Source of the DNA: Desulfobacterales bacterium
GTDB taxonomy: Bacteria > Desulfobacterota > Desulfobacteria > Desulfobacterales > UBA5616
Direction: 5' to 3'
Assembly (NCBI GenBank): GCA_046483495.1
Contig: JAWODC010000078.1
Location: 1 to 51,043, forward strand
DNA: 51,043 nucleotides
The notes under the pieces are model-generated. The model had not been told where the DNA came from. It ran no database searches and was given only the letters and a program-made list of their open reading frames with translations. Positions 27,263-36,956 of the stretch are shown here, piece after piece (within the stretch, counting starts at the first letter, position 1; each line of letters starts with the position of its first letter). The position numbers were made by a program, and so were the translations under genes.

Positions 27263-28279
27263 GTGTTGCCAATCGGAATAATCGCAAACCCAGCTTCGGG
27301 TAAAGATATCCGGAGGCTGGTGGCATTTGGATCGGTGGTTCCCAACAGCGAAAAAGTGAACATGGTGCGGCGGATTCTTCTCGGGCTGGATTCCATGGGT
27401 GTCAAGGATGTTTATCTGATGCCTGAAAATGCGGGGATCGGCAGGCTCGCACTGGACCGGCTGAAGGTTTCCCTGAGTGCATCCTTTCTGGATATCCCGT
27501 TGGAAAATTCTCAGGACGATTCGACTCGAGCGGCCCGGCTGATGACCGAATTGGGTGTGGCATGCATCATCACGCTCGGTGGGGACGGAACCAATCGGGT
27601 CGTCGCCAAGGGATGCTCCCAAACCCCGCTATTATCCGTAGCGACGGGAACAAATAACGCCTTTTGCTATATGGTGGAAGGAACCCTCGCCGGAATTGCC
27701 GCCGGTGTTGTGGCTTCCAACCACTTTCCTGCCGAACAATTGACCCGAAAGTCCCCAAAACTTGAAATTCTCAATGGTTCCGAAGTATTGGATATCGCCT
27801 TGGTCGATGTGGTGGTGTCCTCTTCAGAATTTACGGCATCCCGTGCCGTGTGGGATGTGTCGACACTAAGGGAGGTCTTTTTAACCCAATCCGAACCGGG
27901 AAATATCGGGTTTTCCTCCCTTGGCGGGTACATCTGCAGACTGCCGGAAGACACGGGTCAAGGGATGTATATCGTTATCGGTGAAGGCCGGCAAAAAGTC
28001 AGGGCGCCTATTGCACCGGGGCTGGTGCGATGGGTTCCCATCAAAACCCACCGGATCATTGAACCCGGAGAAATCATTGCGCTGAAAACAAGGCACGGTG
28101 TCATTGCGCTGGACGGTGAACGGGAAATTTCAGTGGGTGATGAAGATCGCTTATCGGTCAGATTGAGCCGGGAAGGTCCGCGCGTACTAAATCTTACCGA
28201 GACGCTGCGATATGCTTCTGAAGAGTGCGTCTTCATCACCGAACAGGATTTGGCCCGCCAAGACCCGCTTGACCGGTAA
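27263..28279 (+). CDS. acoX: ATP-NAD kinase-like protein, AcoX family
   Basis: IGIIANPASGKDIRRLVA, LGGDGTNR, TGTNNAF..EGTLAG, IALDGERE. Confidence 0.85.
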   Translation: MLPIGIIANPASGKDIRRLVAFGSVVPNSEKVNMVRRILLGLDSMGVKDVYLMPENAGIGRLALDRLKVSLSASFLDIPLENSQDDSTRAARLMTELGVACIITLGGDGTNRVVAKGCSQTPLLSVATGTNNAFCYMVEGTLAGIAAGVVASNHFPAEQLTRKSPKLEILNGSEVLDIALVDVVVSSSEFTASRAVWDVSTLREVFLTQSEPGNIGFSSLGGYICRLPEDTGQGMYIVIGEGRQKVRAPIAPGLVRWVPIKTHRIIEPGEIIALKTRHGVIALDGEREISVGDEDRLSVRLSREGPRVLNLTETLRYASEECVFITEQDLARQDPLDR

Positions 28280-28345
28280 AATTTTGTCTGATATGCAGGC
28301 AATCGGTTCAGACCATCCTGTAGTCGGGAAAATGGAGACGGCCTC

Positions 28346-29920
28346 ATGCTGATAACGGAGATACTAGCAAGAAACGCCCGCATGTACGGTGATGAAACAG
28401 CGCTTGTCGAACGGGAGCCTGCGAAAAACATCCGAGAGGAAATTACATGGTGGGAATTTGACGACCAGGCCAACCGGATCGCTTCGGCATTGATCGAGCT
28501 CGGCGTTGGAAAAGGGGATCGCGTTGTCCATTTGATGACCAACTGTATTGAATGGCTTCCGATTTATTTCGGTATCTTACGGACCGGTGCATGGGCCGTT
28601 CCTTTAAATTTCCGGTTTGTCGCCCAGACCATAAAACGGTGCGTTAATACCGCTGAAGCTGTGGTCCTCATTTTCGGTGAAGCGTTTATCGACCGGATCA
28701 CTTCCGTGAAGTCGGATCTGGACAACTCGGTTCGGCATTATATTTTTGTCGGCCGGCCATCGATGACACCGGCTTGGGCCCTGCATTATGAAGCCCTGTT
28801 TTCCTCGGCGCCTGCCGCATCGCCGGGTGTGGATATCGATATCGGTGACGAGGCCGCCCTTTATTTTACCTCTGGAACAACCGGAACACCCAAAGCGACC
28901 TTAATCACTCACCGTAATCTGGAGTTTGCGTGCTATATCGAAAACAATCACCACCGGCAGACCCACCAGGACAACTTTCTTTGCATACCGCCGCTATATC
29001 ACACGGGGGCAAAGATGCACTGGTTCGGCAATTTCCTTGTGGGGGCAAAAGCCGTTATTTTAAAAGGGGTCGAACCCAAATGGATTTTGGAGGCGATTTC
29101 GGAGGAATCGGTTACCATTGTATGGCTGCTGGTTCCTTGGGCGTTGGATATTTTATTTGCCATCGAGAGTGGTGAACTGAAGCTGAATGCCTTCAAACTG
29201 GACCAGTGGCGATTAATGCATATCGGTGCCCAACCGGTTCCTCCAAGCCTGATTAAAGAATGGTTGAAAGTATTTCCCCGGCACCAGTACGACACCAATT
29301 ACGGTTTAACGGAAACCACCGGACCGGGATGCATCCATTTGGGCGTGGAAAATATAAACAAAGTGGGAGCCATCGGCGTTCCCGGATTCGATTGGGAGTT
29401 TAAAATCGTCGATATCCAGGGAAACGCCGTTTCCAATGGGCAACCGGGTGAACTTGCGGTAAAAGGGCCGGGGGTCATGAAAGAGTACTATAAAAACGAG
29501 TCGGCCACTTACGAAACCATCAAAGACGGCTGGCTGTTCACCGGCGATATTGCACGGCAGGACGAAGAAGGCTTCATATGGCTTGTGGACCGCAAAAAAG
29601 ATGTGATTATTACGGGCGGGGAGAATATTTATCCGGTTGAAATAGAGGATTTTCTTCAGGCTCATCCAAAAATTCAGGATGTAGCGGTCATCGGACTGCC
29701 CAGTTTGAGGCTCGGCGAAATTGCGGCGGCCGTTGTACAGGTAAAACCCGGTCAGGAACTTACAAAAGAAGAGATAAGGGAATATTGCTCGACACTTGCC
29801 CGCTACAAAAGGCCGCGCCGGATTATTTTCGGTGATGTTCCAAGAAATCCCACCGGGAAAATCGAGAAGCCGAAGTTGAGAAAAAGATACACAGGAGGCG
29901 AAGAGAGCTTTAAGCTCTGA
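28346..29920 (+). CDS. AMP-forming acyl-CoA synthetase (class I adenylate-forming)
   Basis: YFTSGTTGTPK, YGLTE, GWLFTGD, DRKKDVIITGGENIYP, PRNPTGK. Confidence 0.95.
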   Translation: MLITEILARNARMYGDETALVEREPAKNIREEITWWEFDDQANRIASALIELGVGKGDRVVHLMTNCIEWLPIYFGILRTGAWAVPLNFRFVAQTIKRCVNTAEAVVLIFGEAFIDRITSVKSDLDNSVRHYIFVGRPSMTPAWALHYEALFSSAPAASPGVDIDIGDEAALYFTSGTTGTPKATLITHRNLEFACYIENNHHRQTHQDNFLCIPPLYHTGAKMHWFGNFLVGAKAVILKGVEPKWILEAISEESVTIVWLLVPWALDILFAIESGELKLNAFKLDQWRLMHIGAQPVPPSLIKEWLKVFPRHQYDTNYGLTETTGPGCIHLGVENINKVGAIGVPGFDWEFKIVDIQGNAVSNGQPGELAVKGPGVMKEYYKNESATYETIKDGWLFTGDIARQDEEGFIWLVDRKKDVIITGGENIYPVEIEDFLQAHPKIQDVAVIGLPSLRLGEIAAAVVQVKPGQELTKEEIREYCSTLARYKRPRRIIFGDVPRNPTGKIEKPKLRKRYTGGEESFKL

Positions 29921-29950
29921 CTCCTGATGCTGAATGCAAGGAGATGTAAT

Positions 29951-31291
29951 ATGAAAAAATCGGTTGTCGCAGTTGTCACATACGAGCAGCCTGTGGCTTC
30001 GGTAAGAAAAGCCGTCGAGTTGGCAAACGGGCCCTCGATGTTTAAATCCGGTGCCCGGGTGTTTATTAAACCCAATATCGTATTCTGGAACAAGCACTAT
30101 CCCATCCCCAAATACGGTGCCATTACCACCAGTCGTGTGGTTGAAGATACGATTAATCTGCTGAAGGAATGCGGTATCGATGATATTACGGTCGGCGAGG
30201 GCACCGTGATCAATAAGCCCAAGGTTAAGGGGCTTCAGGAACACGCCTTTGAAACACTTGGTTACAATGCCCTTAAGAAAAAGTACGGCATTAAGACAAT
30301 GAATGTTTTTGAGCGGCCGTTTAAAAAGGTCGACTTGGGTGAGGGCATGACTCTGAATTTTAGCGAGGATATTCTGAATGCCGATCTTATAGTGGATATT
30401 CCCGCGTTAAAAACCCATGGCCAGACCACGGTCAGCCTGGGGCTGAAAAATTTGAAGGGTACCATTGACATTGCCTCGAGGAAGAAATGTCACAGCACGG
30501 ACCCGGTAAAGGACCTGAATTACTGGGTGTCCAGAATTTACGAGCCCATGCCGCCGATATTCACGATTATCGACGGCATCTACAGCCTCGAATTGGGACC
30601 CGGATTCGAAGGAAGAGCCAGGAGAAGCAATTTGCTGATTGCTTCCACCGACGTGCTTTCCGCGGACATGGCCGGTGCAAAGGCACTTGGTTTCGAGCCG
30701 AATCAGGTGCCCCATCTGGTCCATGCGGCGGAAAAACGCAACCGTCCGATGGATTTTTCAGATGTCGATATCCTGGGTGAACCCCTGGATACGGTTTCCT
30801 CACCGCATCGCATCGAGTATGATTATACAAATAACGGTGAATTGCCCGCATATCTGGCCAAATATGGGGTTGAAGGGATTTCCTGGCGCAATCCCGGATC
30901 CACGATGTGCACTTACTGTACGGGGTTCACCAGTCCCGTTTTGACGAATATCGTTTCCAATTGGAAGGGAAAAGCGTTCGATGACGTGGAGGTGCTAACG
31001 GGTAAAGACTTAAAGCCCACGCCCGGAAAGAAAAAGACGGTTCTGTTGGGAAAATGCATTTATCAGGCGAACAAGGACGATCCGGATATCCAGGAGATGT
31101 ACGCCGAAAAAGGCTGTCCACCGTCTGAAAAAGGCATCATAAGGGCTCTGCAGCAGGCCGGAATTCCGGTTGATGATAATTTGTTTGAAATCTATGACAG
31201 CACCATTATGCCGATACTGAGCCGGCGATACACCCGGAAACCGGAAGAATTTCAGGAGTCCTTTTTTACGATTCAGGAAAATACACCTTGA
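29951..31291 (+). CDS. DUF362 domain protein
   Basis: VFIKPN, GAITT, VGEG, PALKTHGQTTVSLGLKNLKG, IIDG, C-terminal Cys residues (CTYC, LGKC, KGCPP); AGGAGA RBS. Confidence 0.85.
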   Translation: MKKSVVAVVTYEQPVASVRKAVELANGPSMFKSGARVFIKPNIVFWNKHYPIPKYGAITTSRVVEDTINLLKECGIDDITVGEGTVINKPKVKGLQEHAFETLGYNALKKKYGIKTMNVFERPFKKVDLGEGMTLNFSEDILNADLIVDIPALKTHGQTTVSLGLKNLKGTIDIASRKKCHSTDPVKDLNYWVSRIYEPMPPIFTIIDGIYSLELGPGFEGRARRSNLLIASTDVLSADMAGAKALGFEPNQVPHLVHAAEKRNRPMDFSDVDILGEPLDTVSSPHRIEYDYTNNGELPAYLAKYGVEGISWRNPGSTMCTYCTGFTSPVLTNIVSNWKGKAFDDVEVLTGKDLKPTPGKKKTVLLGKCIYQANKDDPDIQEMYAEKGCPPSEKGIIRALQQAGIPVDDNLFEIYDSTIMPILSRRYTRKPEEFQESFFTIQENTP

Positions 31292-31626
31292 GAAGCGTCG
31301 GACTTGCAATTCTGTCGATGATCGTCCCATAAACAAGTCCTTCGAGATGCCTGTTTGATGCCTTATCACATCCGATGGGATTCGCTTCTGCGCGAATCTC
31401 AAACAGCGCCCGGACAAAAATCGGTGCTGTCGGAGTCTAAAGTCCGGGCTGCTTATATAGTGTTTCATATTGAATTTTTACCCAAAGGCCATACAAGACC
31501 GCAAAATTCCAATAAATGGCGTTGTCAGCCTGATCCTCTCGGCCGCGTTTCCGATCAGCGGATGAAACCGAATCGCGGTTGCTGAATATAATCAATCCAT
31601 CACAATTCCCAATCAGGAGATTTTTT

Positions 31627-31911
31627 ATGGCCCTGACCAAAAAAGACCTTGTTAAATCCCTTCACCAGGAAATCGGATCGACGTTGGACACCTGTACCGT
31701 CATCATCGATGCGATGCTCGATCAGATCAAAGGTTCGCTCGGAAATGGTGAAGATGTGCTCGTATCCGGTTTCGGCAAATTCTGCGTGAAGCAAAAAGAT
31801 GCCAGAAAAGGCCGGAACCCGGCCAATGGTGATCACATGATGCTCAGGCCAAGAAAAGTGGTCACGTTCAAGTGTTCAGGAAAACTTCGAAAGAAACTGA
31901 ACGATGGATAG
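31627..31911 (+). CDS. ihfA: Integration host factor subunit alpha-like protein
   Basis: MALTKKDL, VLVSGFGKF, RKGRNP, RKVVTFKCSGKLR; AGGAG RBS. Confidence 0.9.
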   Translation: MALTKKDLVKSLHQEIGSTLDTCTVIIDAMLDQIKGSLGNGEDVLVSGFGKFCVKQKDARKGRNPANGDHMMLRPRKVVTFKCSGKLRKKLNDG

Positions 31912-31997
31912 TAAGGTGCATTCCGGCAGCCGCACTTGGGCTGCCGCGCAAAAGCCTCGTATGTAGGAGCACACGCCGACATCACCTGAGAAACCAT

Positions 31998-32369
31998 TTA
32001 ATAGATGTCGGGGGAAAGATACCAGTTATCCGTAAAATAGTTGTATTCCCAGTCATAGTCGTACATATAGCCGTTCTCAGCATCCTCAGCCTCACCGTAA
32101 TACCCGGAAATGTCCCTGTTTTCGAAATCATCATAAGTGTAAGAATAGCCGTACCAGTCCTTTTCATAGCTGATCCCCTCGCCCTCGTCATCGAACCAAT
32201 CGCCGGGATCGTACCATTCTTCTCTGTGAAGCCCCTCGCCTTCTTCATACTCGTATTCGCTAAGATCTTGGGCGAAAACCGGTTTGTAAATGTAAATCGC
32301 CGATACGGTAAAAGCGATAAACATGTGAAGTGCAAATGTTGTCGTTATGACCTTGCTCACCGTTTTCAA
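31998..32369 (-). CDS. Small exported protein, extremely Asp/Glu/Tyr/Trp-rich
   Basis: TTG start with strong GGAGG RBS; signal-peptide-like N-terminus ending VFA|Q; begins 36 nt after the sufB-like stop on the same strand. Confidence 0.75.
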   Translation of the reverse strand: MKTVSKVITTTFALHMFIAFTVSAIYIYKPVFAQDLSEYEYEEGEGLHREEWYDPGDWFDDEGEGISYEKDWYGYSYTYDDFENRDISGYYGEAEDAENGYMYDYDWEYNYFTDNWYLSPDIY

Positions 32370-32405
32370 TAGCCCCTCCCTCCGTAAATGAATGGCGCCG
32401 ATGAT

Positions 32406-33347
32406 CTATGGTTTTATAGGACTGAGAAGCCCTTCAATAATCATGTCCGTCGCCTCGTCTTCTGTGAGCCCTCGGCTCATCAGCGTCTCGAGCTGTCTGG
32501 AATCCACACTGCCGATGGATGCCTCATGGGTGACGTGGGCCTTTGGGTGGTGCACCTCTACGACAGGTACGGCATTTGCAAAGGCATTGTCTTGAACGAT
32601 CTCCTTGCAGTCAACATGGCCTCTTGCCTCCGGTGCGGAAGCTATCATGACATTTTCGATTTCAGCCCTGGCTGACTCCCGGACGGCAATATTCGTCCTG
32701 AGCAGACCGTGGGCCCCTGCGCCGATCAGATGTGCCTTTTCATAGATTTTTATCAGATCATCTCCTCGACCGCTTATCCGCACAGCCATATCCAAAATGC
32801 TGTAGTCGCGGCATTCGGCTTCATACGCCATGGCGATTTTGCCTACTCTGCCCTTTATTAACTCAAAATCGGTATGGAATCGGGCATTTTCGTGTAATGT
32901 GATTGCAGCTCTGGGGATGATATCGACGCCCCCTTCCGGACCATGGACATGACGCTCGAGATAGAGGTATTCGGCTCCCCGTTCGATCTCGATTTGCGCA
33001 TCCATTGTGTGAATAACGTCAACAGCATTGGGAAAAGTGCAGCTCGCCAGGACCGCCGCCCTTGAATTTTCTTCCAACCGAATGTTCATGTAAATTTTTT
33101 GGGTTCCGGTTTTTTCCAGCAACCCGAAGCAGATCCGAACCGGCTGCTCGATTTTTTGCCCATTCTTAACGGTAATCGATGCCCGTATGCCGTCCGGCAG
33201 TTCTTCGGCGTCTACTTCAAAACCCGGCACCAAATGGAGACCGATCACTTCGTTGGCATGAATTTCGATATGCGCTACGGAAGGATCGGATACACAAGCC
33301 TCTCCAATACTTTCGTAGAGGGCGGTAATGAGTTCATCTCTTTTCAT
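32406..33347 (-). CDS. sufB: SufB/SufD-family Fe-S scaffold (SmsB-type, 313 aa)
   Basis: Short beta-helix protein with VRICFG, CTFPNA, ERHVHG, ARGHVDCKEIV, AHVTHEASIGSVD..QLETLMSRGL. Confidence 0.9.
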   Translation of the reverse strand: MKRDELITALYESIGEACVSDPSVAHIEIHANEVIGLHLVPGFEVDAEELPDGIRASITVKNGQKIEQPVRICFGLLEKTGTQKIYMNIRLEENSRAAVLASCTFPNAVDVIHTMDAQIEIERGAEYLYLERHVHGPEGGVDIIPRAAITLHENARFHTDFELIKGRVGKIAMAYEAECRDYSILDMAVRISGRGDDLIKIYEKAHLIGAGAHGLLRTNIAVRESARAEIENVMIASAPEARGHVDCKEIVQDNAFANAVPVVEVHHPKAHVTHEASIGSVDSRQLETLMSRGLTEDEATDMIIEGLLSPIKP

Positions 33348-34099
33348 CGCGTTCTCTCCGGATCAGGCAAATTTTTGTGGTCACAGGGAATGCATTTTTC
33401 GGTAAAATACGTCGAAAGGGTTTCCACCGGCCCTTTTTCAACAATTTGCCCGCAGCACAACAAGAAGCCGTAATCCGCCTTTTCCAAAACGGTAGGGCTA
33501 TGCGTAATCAAGAGAATGGTCTTTCCTCTTTCCTTGAGAATGTGAATTGCGTCAAAAATCTTGTTGAGGGCGTCCACATCAATGCCGGAATCCGGTTCGT
33601 CCATGATTACCAGCTTCGGTTCCATGGTCAAAATGGATGCCAGTTCGATTCGTTTTCTTTCTCCGCCGGAAAGAGTGCGGTCCACATAACGATTTAAATA
33701 TTCCTCGGCACTGAGTCCGACGAGCTCGAGCGCCTCTGCACTGCTGACCCTCGATGGTTCCCTGGCACCGGCATTGACAAAGGTTTCAACCCTCAGTCCT
33801 TCATACCGTGCGGGTTCCTGCCAGGCCATAGTTACTCCTTTTTTTGCCCGCTGATCGATCGACATGCCTTTTATGGATTTTCCTTCAAACAGGATGTCGC
33901 CTTTAAAAGACGTGTATCCGTAAAGCCCCATAATGGTATTGGCCAAGGTGCTCTTTCCTGCACCGTTCGGCCCCACGACGGCATACACGTACCCCGTTGA
34001 AAACTGCATGGAAAGATGGTCGAGGATGCGTTTTTCTCCCAATGTCAGACTTATTTCATTCGTTTCCAGAATCGGATTGAGATTTGCCATTTTATCCAT
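33344..34099 (-). CDS. sufC: SufC-like ABC ATPase (SmsC-type)
   Basis: GPNGAGKSTLA, AWQEP, LSGGERKRIELA, DEPDSGID, ITH; 4-nt overlap with the sufB-like gene. Confidence 0.9.
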   Translation of the reverse strand: MDKMANLNPILETNEISLTLGEKRILDHLSMQFSTGYVYAVVGPNGAGKSTLANTIMGLYGYTSFKGDILFEGKSIKGMSIDQRAKKGVTMAWQEPARYEGLRVETFVNAGAREPSRVSSAEALELVGLSAEEYLNRYVDRTLSGGERKRIELASILTMEPKLVIMDEPDSGIDVDALNKIFDAIHILKERGKTILLITHSPTVLEKADYGFLLCCGQIVEKGPVETLSTYFTEKCIPCDHKNLPDPERTR

Positions 34100-34338
34100 C
34101 TTTTCTTTAAATTTGGTTTAGTATAAACACGAAAAAAATCCGATGATATAATTTGGTTTATGTATTTTGAGGTCAGGATTTGCTTATATCGGCAATACCC
34201 AATCCGCTACTGCCGGAATCATATGCTGCGGCCGATGCGTAAAGTGAAAGGAATTGAATCTGTGGCTTTTTGAAACGTTGCGGCGGGGTTGGAATGCCGT
34301 TTAACCGGCGTCCGTATTTCCGGATGGAAACCACCTAA

Positions 34339-34480
34339 TATCCATCCGGAAATGAGAAAATTTGCTCCCGTTAAAGGCGGCCGGGAAATTTTAACCGCTT
34401 GAATAAAATGAGTATTTTGATGATTGAAATTTACCGGCCAACGCCGAAATGGAGCGAATCAGCCATTTCCGGTGGGCACT
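34339..34480. repeat. Palindromic dispersed repeat, copy 3 (2 nt after the cfa stop)
   Basis: TCCATCCGGAAAT...ATTTCCGGTGGGCACT ends; GGCCGGGAAATTT / AAATTTACCGGCC inner stem; a further end (ATTTCCGGATGGA, 34317-34329) lies just upstream. Confidence 0.85.
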
Positions 34481-34482
34481 GA

Positions 34483-35592
34483 CTATCGGATGGATGTGTA
34501 CCCGCCGACCAACCCCTTTTTCGAAAATACGATTTGCCAGAGTTGGATGTTTCGCGCGCGAAAGGCGCCGGCACATGAAAGCAGAAAATATTTCCACATT
34601 TTGTAAAACCTGTCATCATATGCCGATTTTATGTGTTCAAAATTGCGATGCCATGCCATTAAGGTTTTATCGTAATCGGCTCCGAAATTATGCCAGTCTT
34701 CCATGACAAATAATCCCTCGGCGGCTTTTCCGATTTGTTTCATCGACGGCAGCATGCCGTTTGGGAAAATGTACTTGTTCATCCACGGATTGACAGATGT
34801 GACGGATGCATTGCCGCCGATGGTGTGCAACAAAAAAAGACCGTCGTCTGTGAGATGCTTGTGAACGATTTTCATGAAGTCCGCATAATTTTTGTATCCC
34901 ACGTGTTCAAACATCCCGATTGAAACCACACGGTCGAATTTCCCGCTTATTGAGCGATAATCCTGCAGTTTTATGTCGACCGGAAGCGACCGGGACATGG
35001 TTTTTCCGAATTCCGCCTGTTCTTTGGAAACGGTTATGCCGATCACCTCGACCGGGTATGTTTCAGCCGCATATTTAGCAAAACTTCCCCAGCCGCATCC
35101 GATATCGAGCAGTTTCATGCCGGCTTTCAAGCCGAGTTTTCGGCAGACCAAATCCAGTTTTTTCTCCTGTGCTTCATCCAGTGAGACGGCGTCCTTCCAG
35201 TAGCCGCAGCTGTATGCCATTCGACGGTCAAGCATGCCCCGGAACAGATCGTTGCCCAAATCGTAATGCCTTTCACCAACCTGAAAGGCTCTGCGTCTCG
35301 ATTGCCTGTTAATCGTCCTGGATAGAAGAATGTCCATGATCAGTGCCGGATTTTTTTTCACCTCCCGTTCAATATCATGGCGAAGTACCCGGTAAAAGAA
35401 ATCATCCAACTGATCACATTCCCACCAGTTCTCCATATAGGATTCGCCAAGCCCCAAGGAACCGTGGGTGAGGACTCGCCGATAAAAATCCTCATGGTTG
35501 ACCTGAATGTCCCAGGGATTTTTTCCGTTAACCGTTATTCCTGTTGCGCCAAGCAACTCGACAACATGATTTTTGAGTCTGTTGTAGTTCAT
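34483..35592 (-). CDS. cfa: Cyclopropane-fatty-acyl-phospholipid synthase
   Basis: SLGLGESYM, HYDLGNDLF, YSCGYW, LDIGCGWG, SIGMFEHVG, KYIFPNG, YDKTLMAW, SCAGAFRAR. Start taken at ATG 35592. Confidence 0.95.
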   Translation of the reverse strand: MNYNRLKNHVVELLGATGITVNGKNPWDIQVNHEDFYRRVLTHGSLGLGESYMENWWECDQLDDFFYRVLRHDIEREVKKNPALIMDILLSRTINRQSRRRAFQVGERHYDLGNDLFRGMLDRRMAYSCGYWKDAVSLDEAQEKKLDLVCRKLGLKAGMKLLDIGCGWGSFAKYAAETYPVEVIGITVSKEQAEFGKTMSRSLPVDIKLQDYRSISGKFDRVVSIGMFEHVGYKNYADFMKIVHKHLTDDGLFLLHTIGGNASVTSVNPWMNKYIFPNGMLPSMKQIGKAAEGLFVMEDWHNFGADYDKTLMAWHRNFEHIKSAYDDRFYKMWKYFLLSCAGAFRARNIQLWQIVFSKKGLVGGYTSIR

Positions 35593-35823
35593 TTTGATTT
35601 TCCCGGATGGGCTTTGTATCGGCCGCTTTTCGCGAGTCGATGCGATCGTTGGTTGTGGAAAGGATGAAAGTTCATTGAAAATATCGGGTTTCGAGGATGA
35701 TGTCAAGACCTTCATTCATTGCAACCGGTCGAATTTTATATGTATTACACAACAAAGCCGTAGAGATCATCATTGAAATTTTGGACGAAAACAAACACGA
35801 TTTGATGCAATAATTTTCGGCAG

Positions 35824-36861
35824 TCAAATTAAATTTTCCTTGCCCGCTTCTGATTTTCTAAAATCAGCTACCAAGCGGTCTTCCGCATCGTAATCGAAGA
35901 AGCCGGGGCCCATTAATTGGGGAGGAATCGGATGAGAACGCTCCCACGCAATGGTTTTGGCAACCGCCTGCTCGAAATCAACCGGCTCCGCATAATTCAA
36001 TTCGGACCGAATACGAGAGGAGTCTACAACGGCGTCCTGATCCGTATTGATAAAAGCCGTGGCAAACGGGCTGATTTCCAAAACCTGCCGGCGAGGGAAA
36101 ATAATGATATCGCCGTCCCATCCGGCGGCTTTTCCGATGATTTCTACCCATGCCGCCATCGATATGGGATTCGGATCCCCCACATTGTAAATGCGACCGG
36201 ATGCCCTTTCATCGATGCACGCCAGTGCGACGGCATGGGCGACATTTTCGACATACCCGTGCGTCCACTGCCATGCCGACAGTTGTCGGCTTAAAAGAAT
36301 GTGCGGCCGCCGATCGTCCATACGCTTGAGATAGAAGAAAAGGCGATGCATCAGTGAACGCGGCCCGTAAACGGGCGGAAGTCTGATCACCGTACCCGGC
36401 ATCTCCTGATCCGCAAGTATCACCGGTTCCATGTTCAGTTTGTCGTACTCGCCCAGTCCTGGAAAATTGATCGTGCGCAGCGGGGCATTTTCTGCAGCCG
36501 GAACCGGTTGGACGGGTCCCGGCTCGATGCCATAGAGCCTGCCGTAGAGAAGATAGACATCCGTACCGCTTAACACTACGATACGCCGTGAAATACCCTT
36601 CACAGTCCGGCTTACCCGCCTTGCATCGCTAGCCGAGAAGTGAAACATATCCACTAAAACCACTTCCGGTGCCAGATCCCTGATCTGAGGCCTGTAATAT
36701 TCAATTTCTTTCAATTCACTTGTGATCCGGACGGGTCCTTTTTTTTCTTGGAACGTCGGTGCCTCCCTGTTGAACAGGATTAGATCGTGTCCCATTCGGC
36801 TCAGCGAATTCACCACATCCCTGCCGATAAAACCGGTTCCTCCGATAACGAGTATCCGCAT
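35824..36861 (-). CDS. NAD-dependent epimerase/dehydratase family protein
   Basis: ILVIGGTGFIG, DVY, YDK, RLPPVYGP, HGYVENVA, IYNVG; GAGGAG RBS. Confidence 0.9.
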   Translation of the reverse strand: MRILVIGGTGFIGRDVVNSLSRMGHDLILFNREAPTFQEKKGPVRITSELKEIEYYRPQIRDLAPEVVLVDMFHFSASDARRVSRTVKGISRRIVVLSGTDVYLLYGRLYGIEPGPVQPVPAAENAPLRTINFPGLGEYDKLNMEPVILADQEMPGTVIRLPPVYGPRSLMHRLFFYLKRMDDRRPHILLSRQLSAWQWTHGYVENVAHAVALACIDERASGRIYNVGDPNPISMAAWVEIIGKAAGWDGDIIIFPRRQVLEISPFATAFINTDQDAVVDSSRIRSELNYAEPVDFEQAVAKTIAWERSHPIPPQLMGPGFFDYDAEDRLVADFRKSEAGKENLI

Positions 36862-36956
36862 GGCCGTCTCCTCGATGCAAGCCGGTTTACGAAAGGCTGA
36901 TAACGTTCGTGTCGTTCGCGTGTATAAAAAACCGGCAATAAGACCCGATCATTTCC

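Noticed and set aside
29306..30244. 312-aa minus-strand ORF
   Set aside because: Antisense to the acyl-CoA ligase and DUF362 genes; no family signal.
31350..31450. c-di-GMP-I riboswitch
   Set aside because: Two stems are present, but the GNRA tetraloop and GCAAA junction motifs are not in the required positions on either strand.
31982..32335. Thr/Met-rich 117-aa ORF overlapping the acidic peptide gene
   Set aside because: Alternative-frame by-product; the 32369 frame has the RBS and signal peptide.
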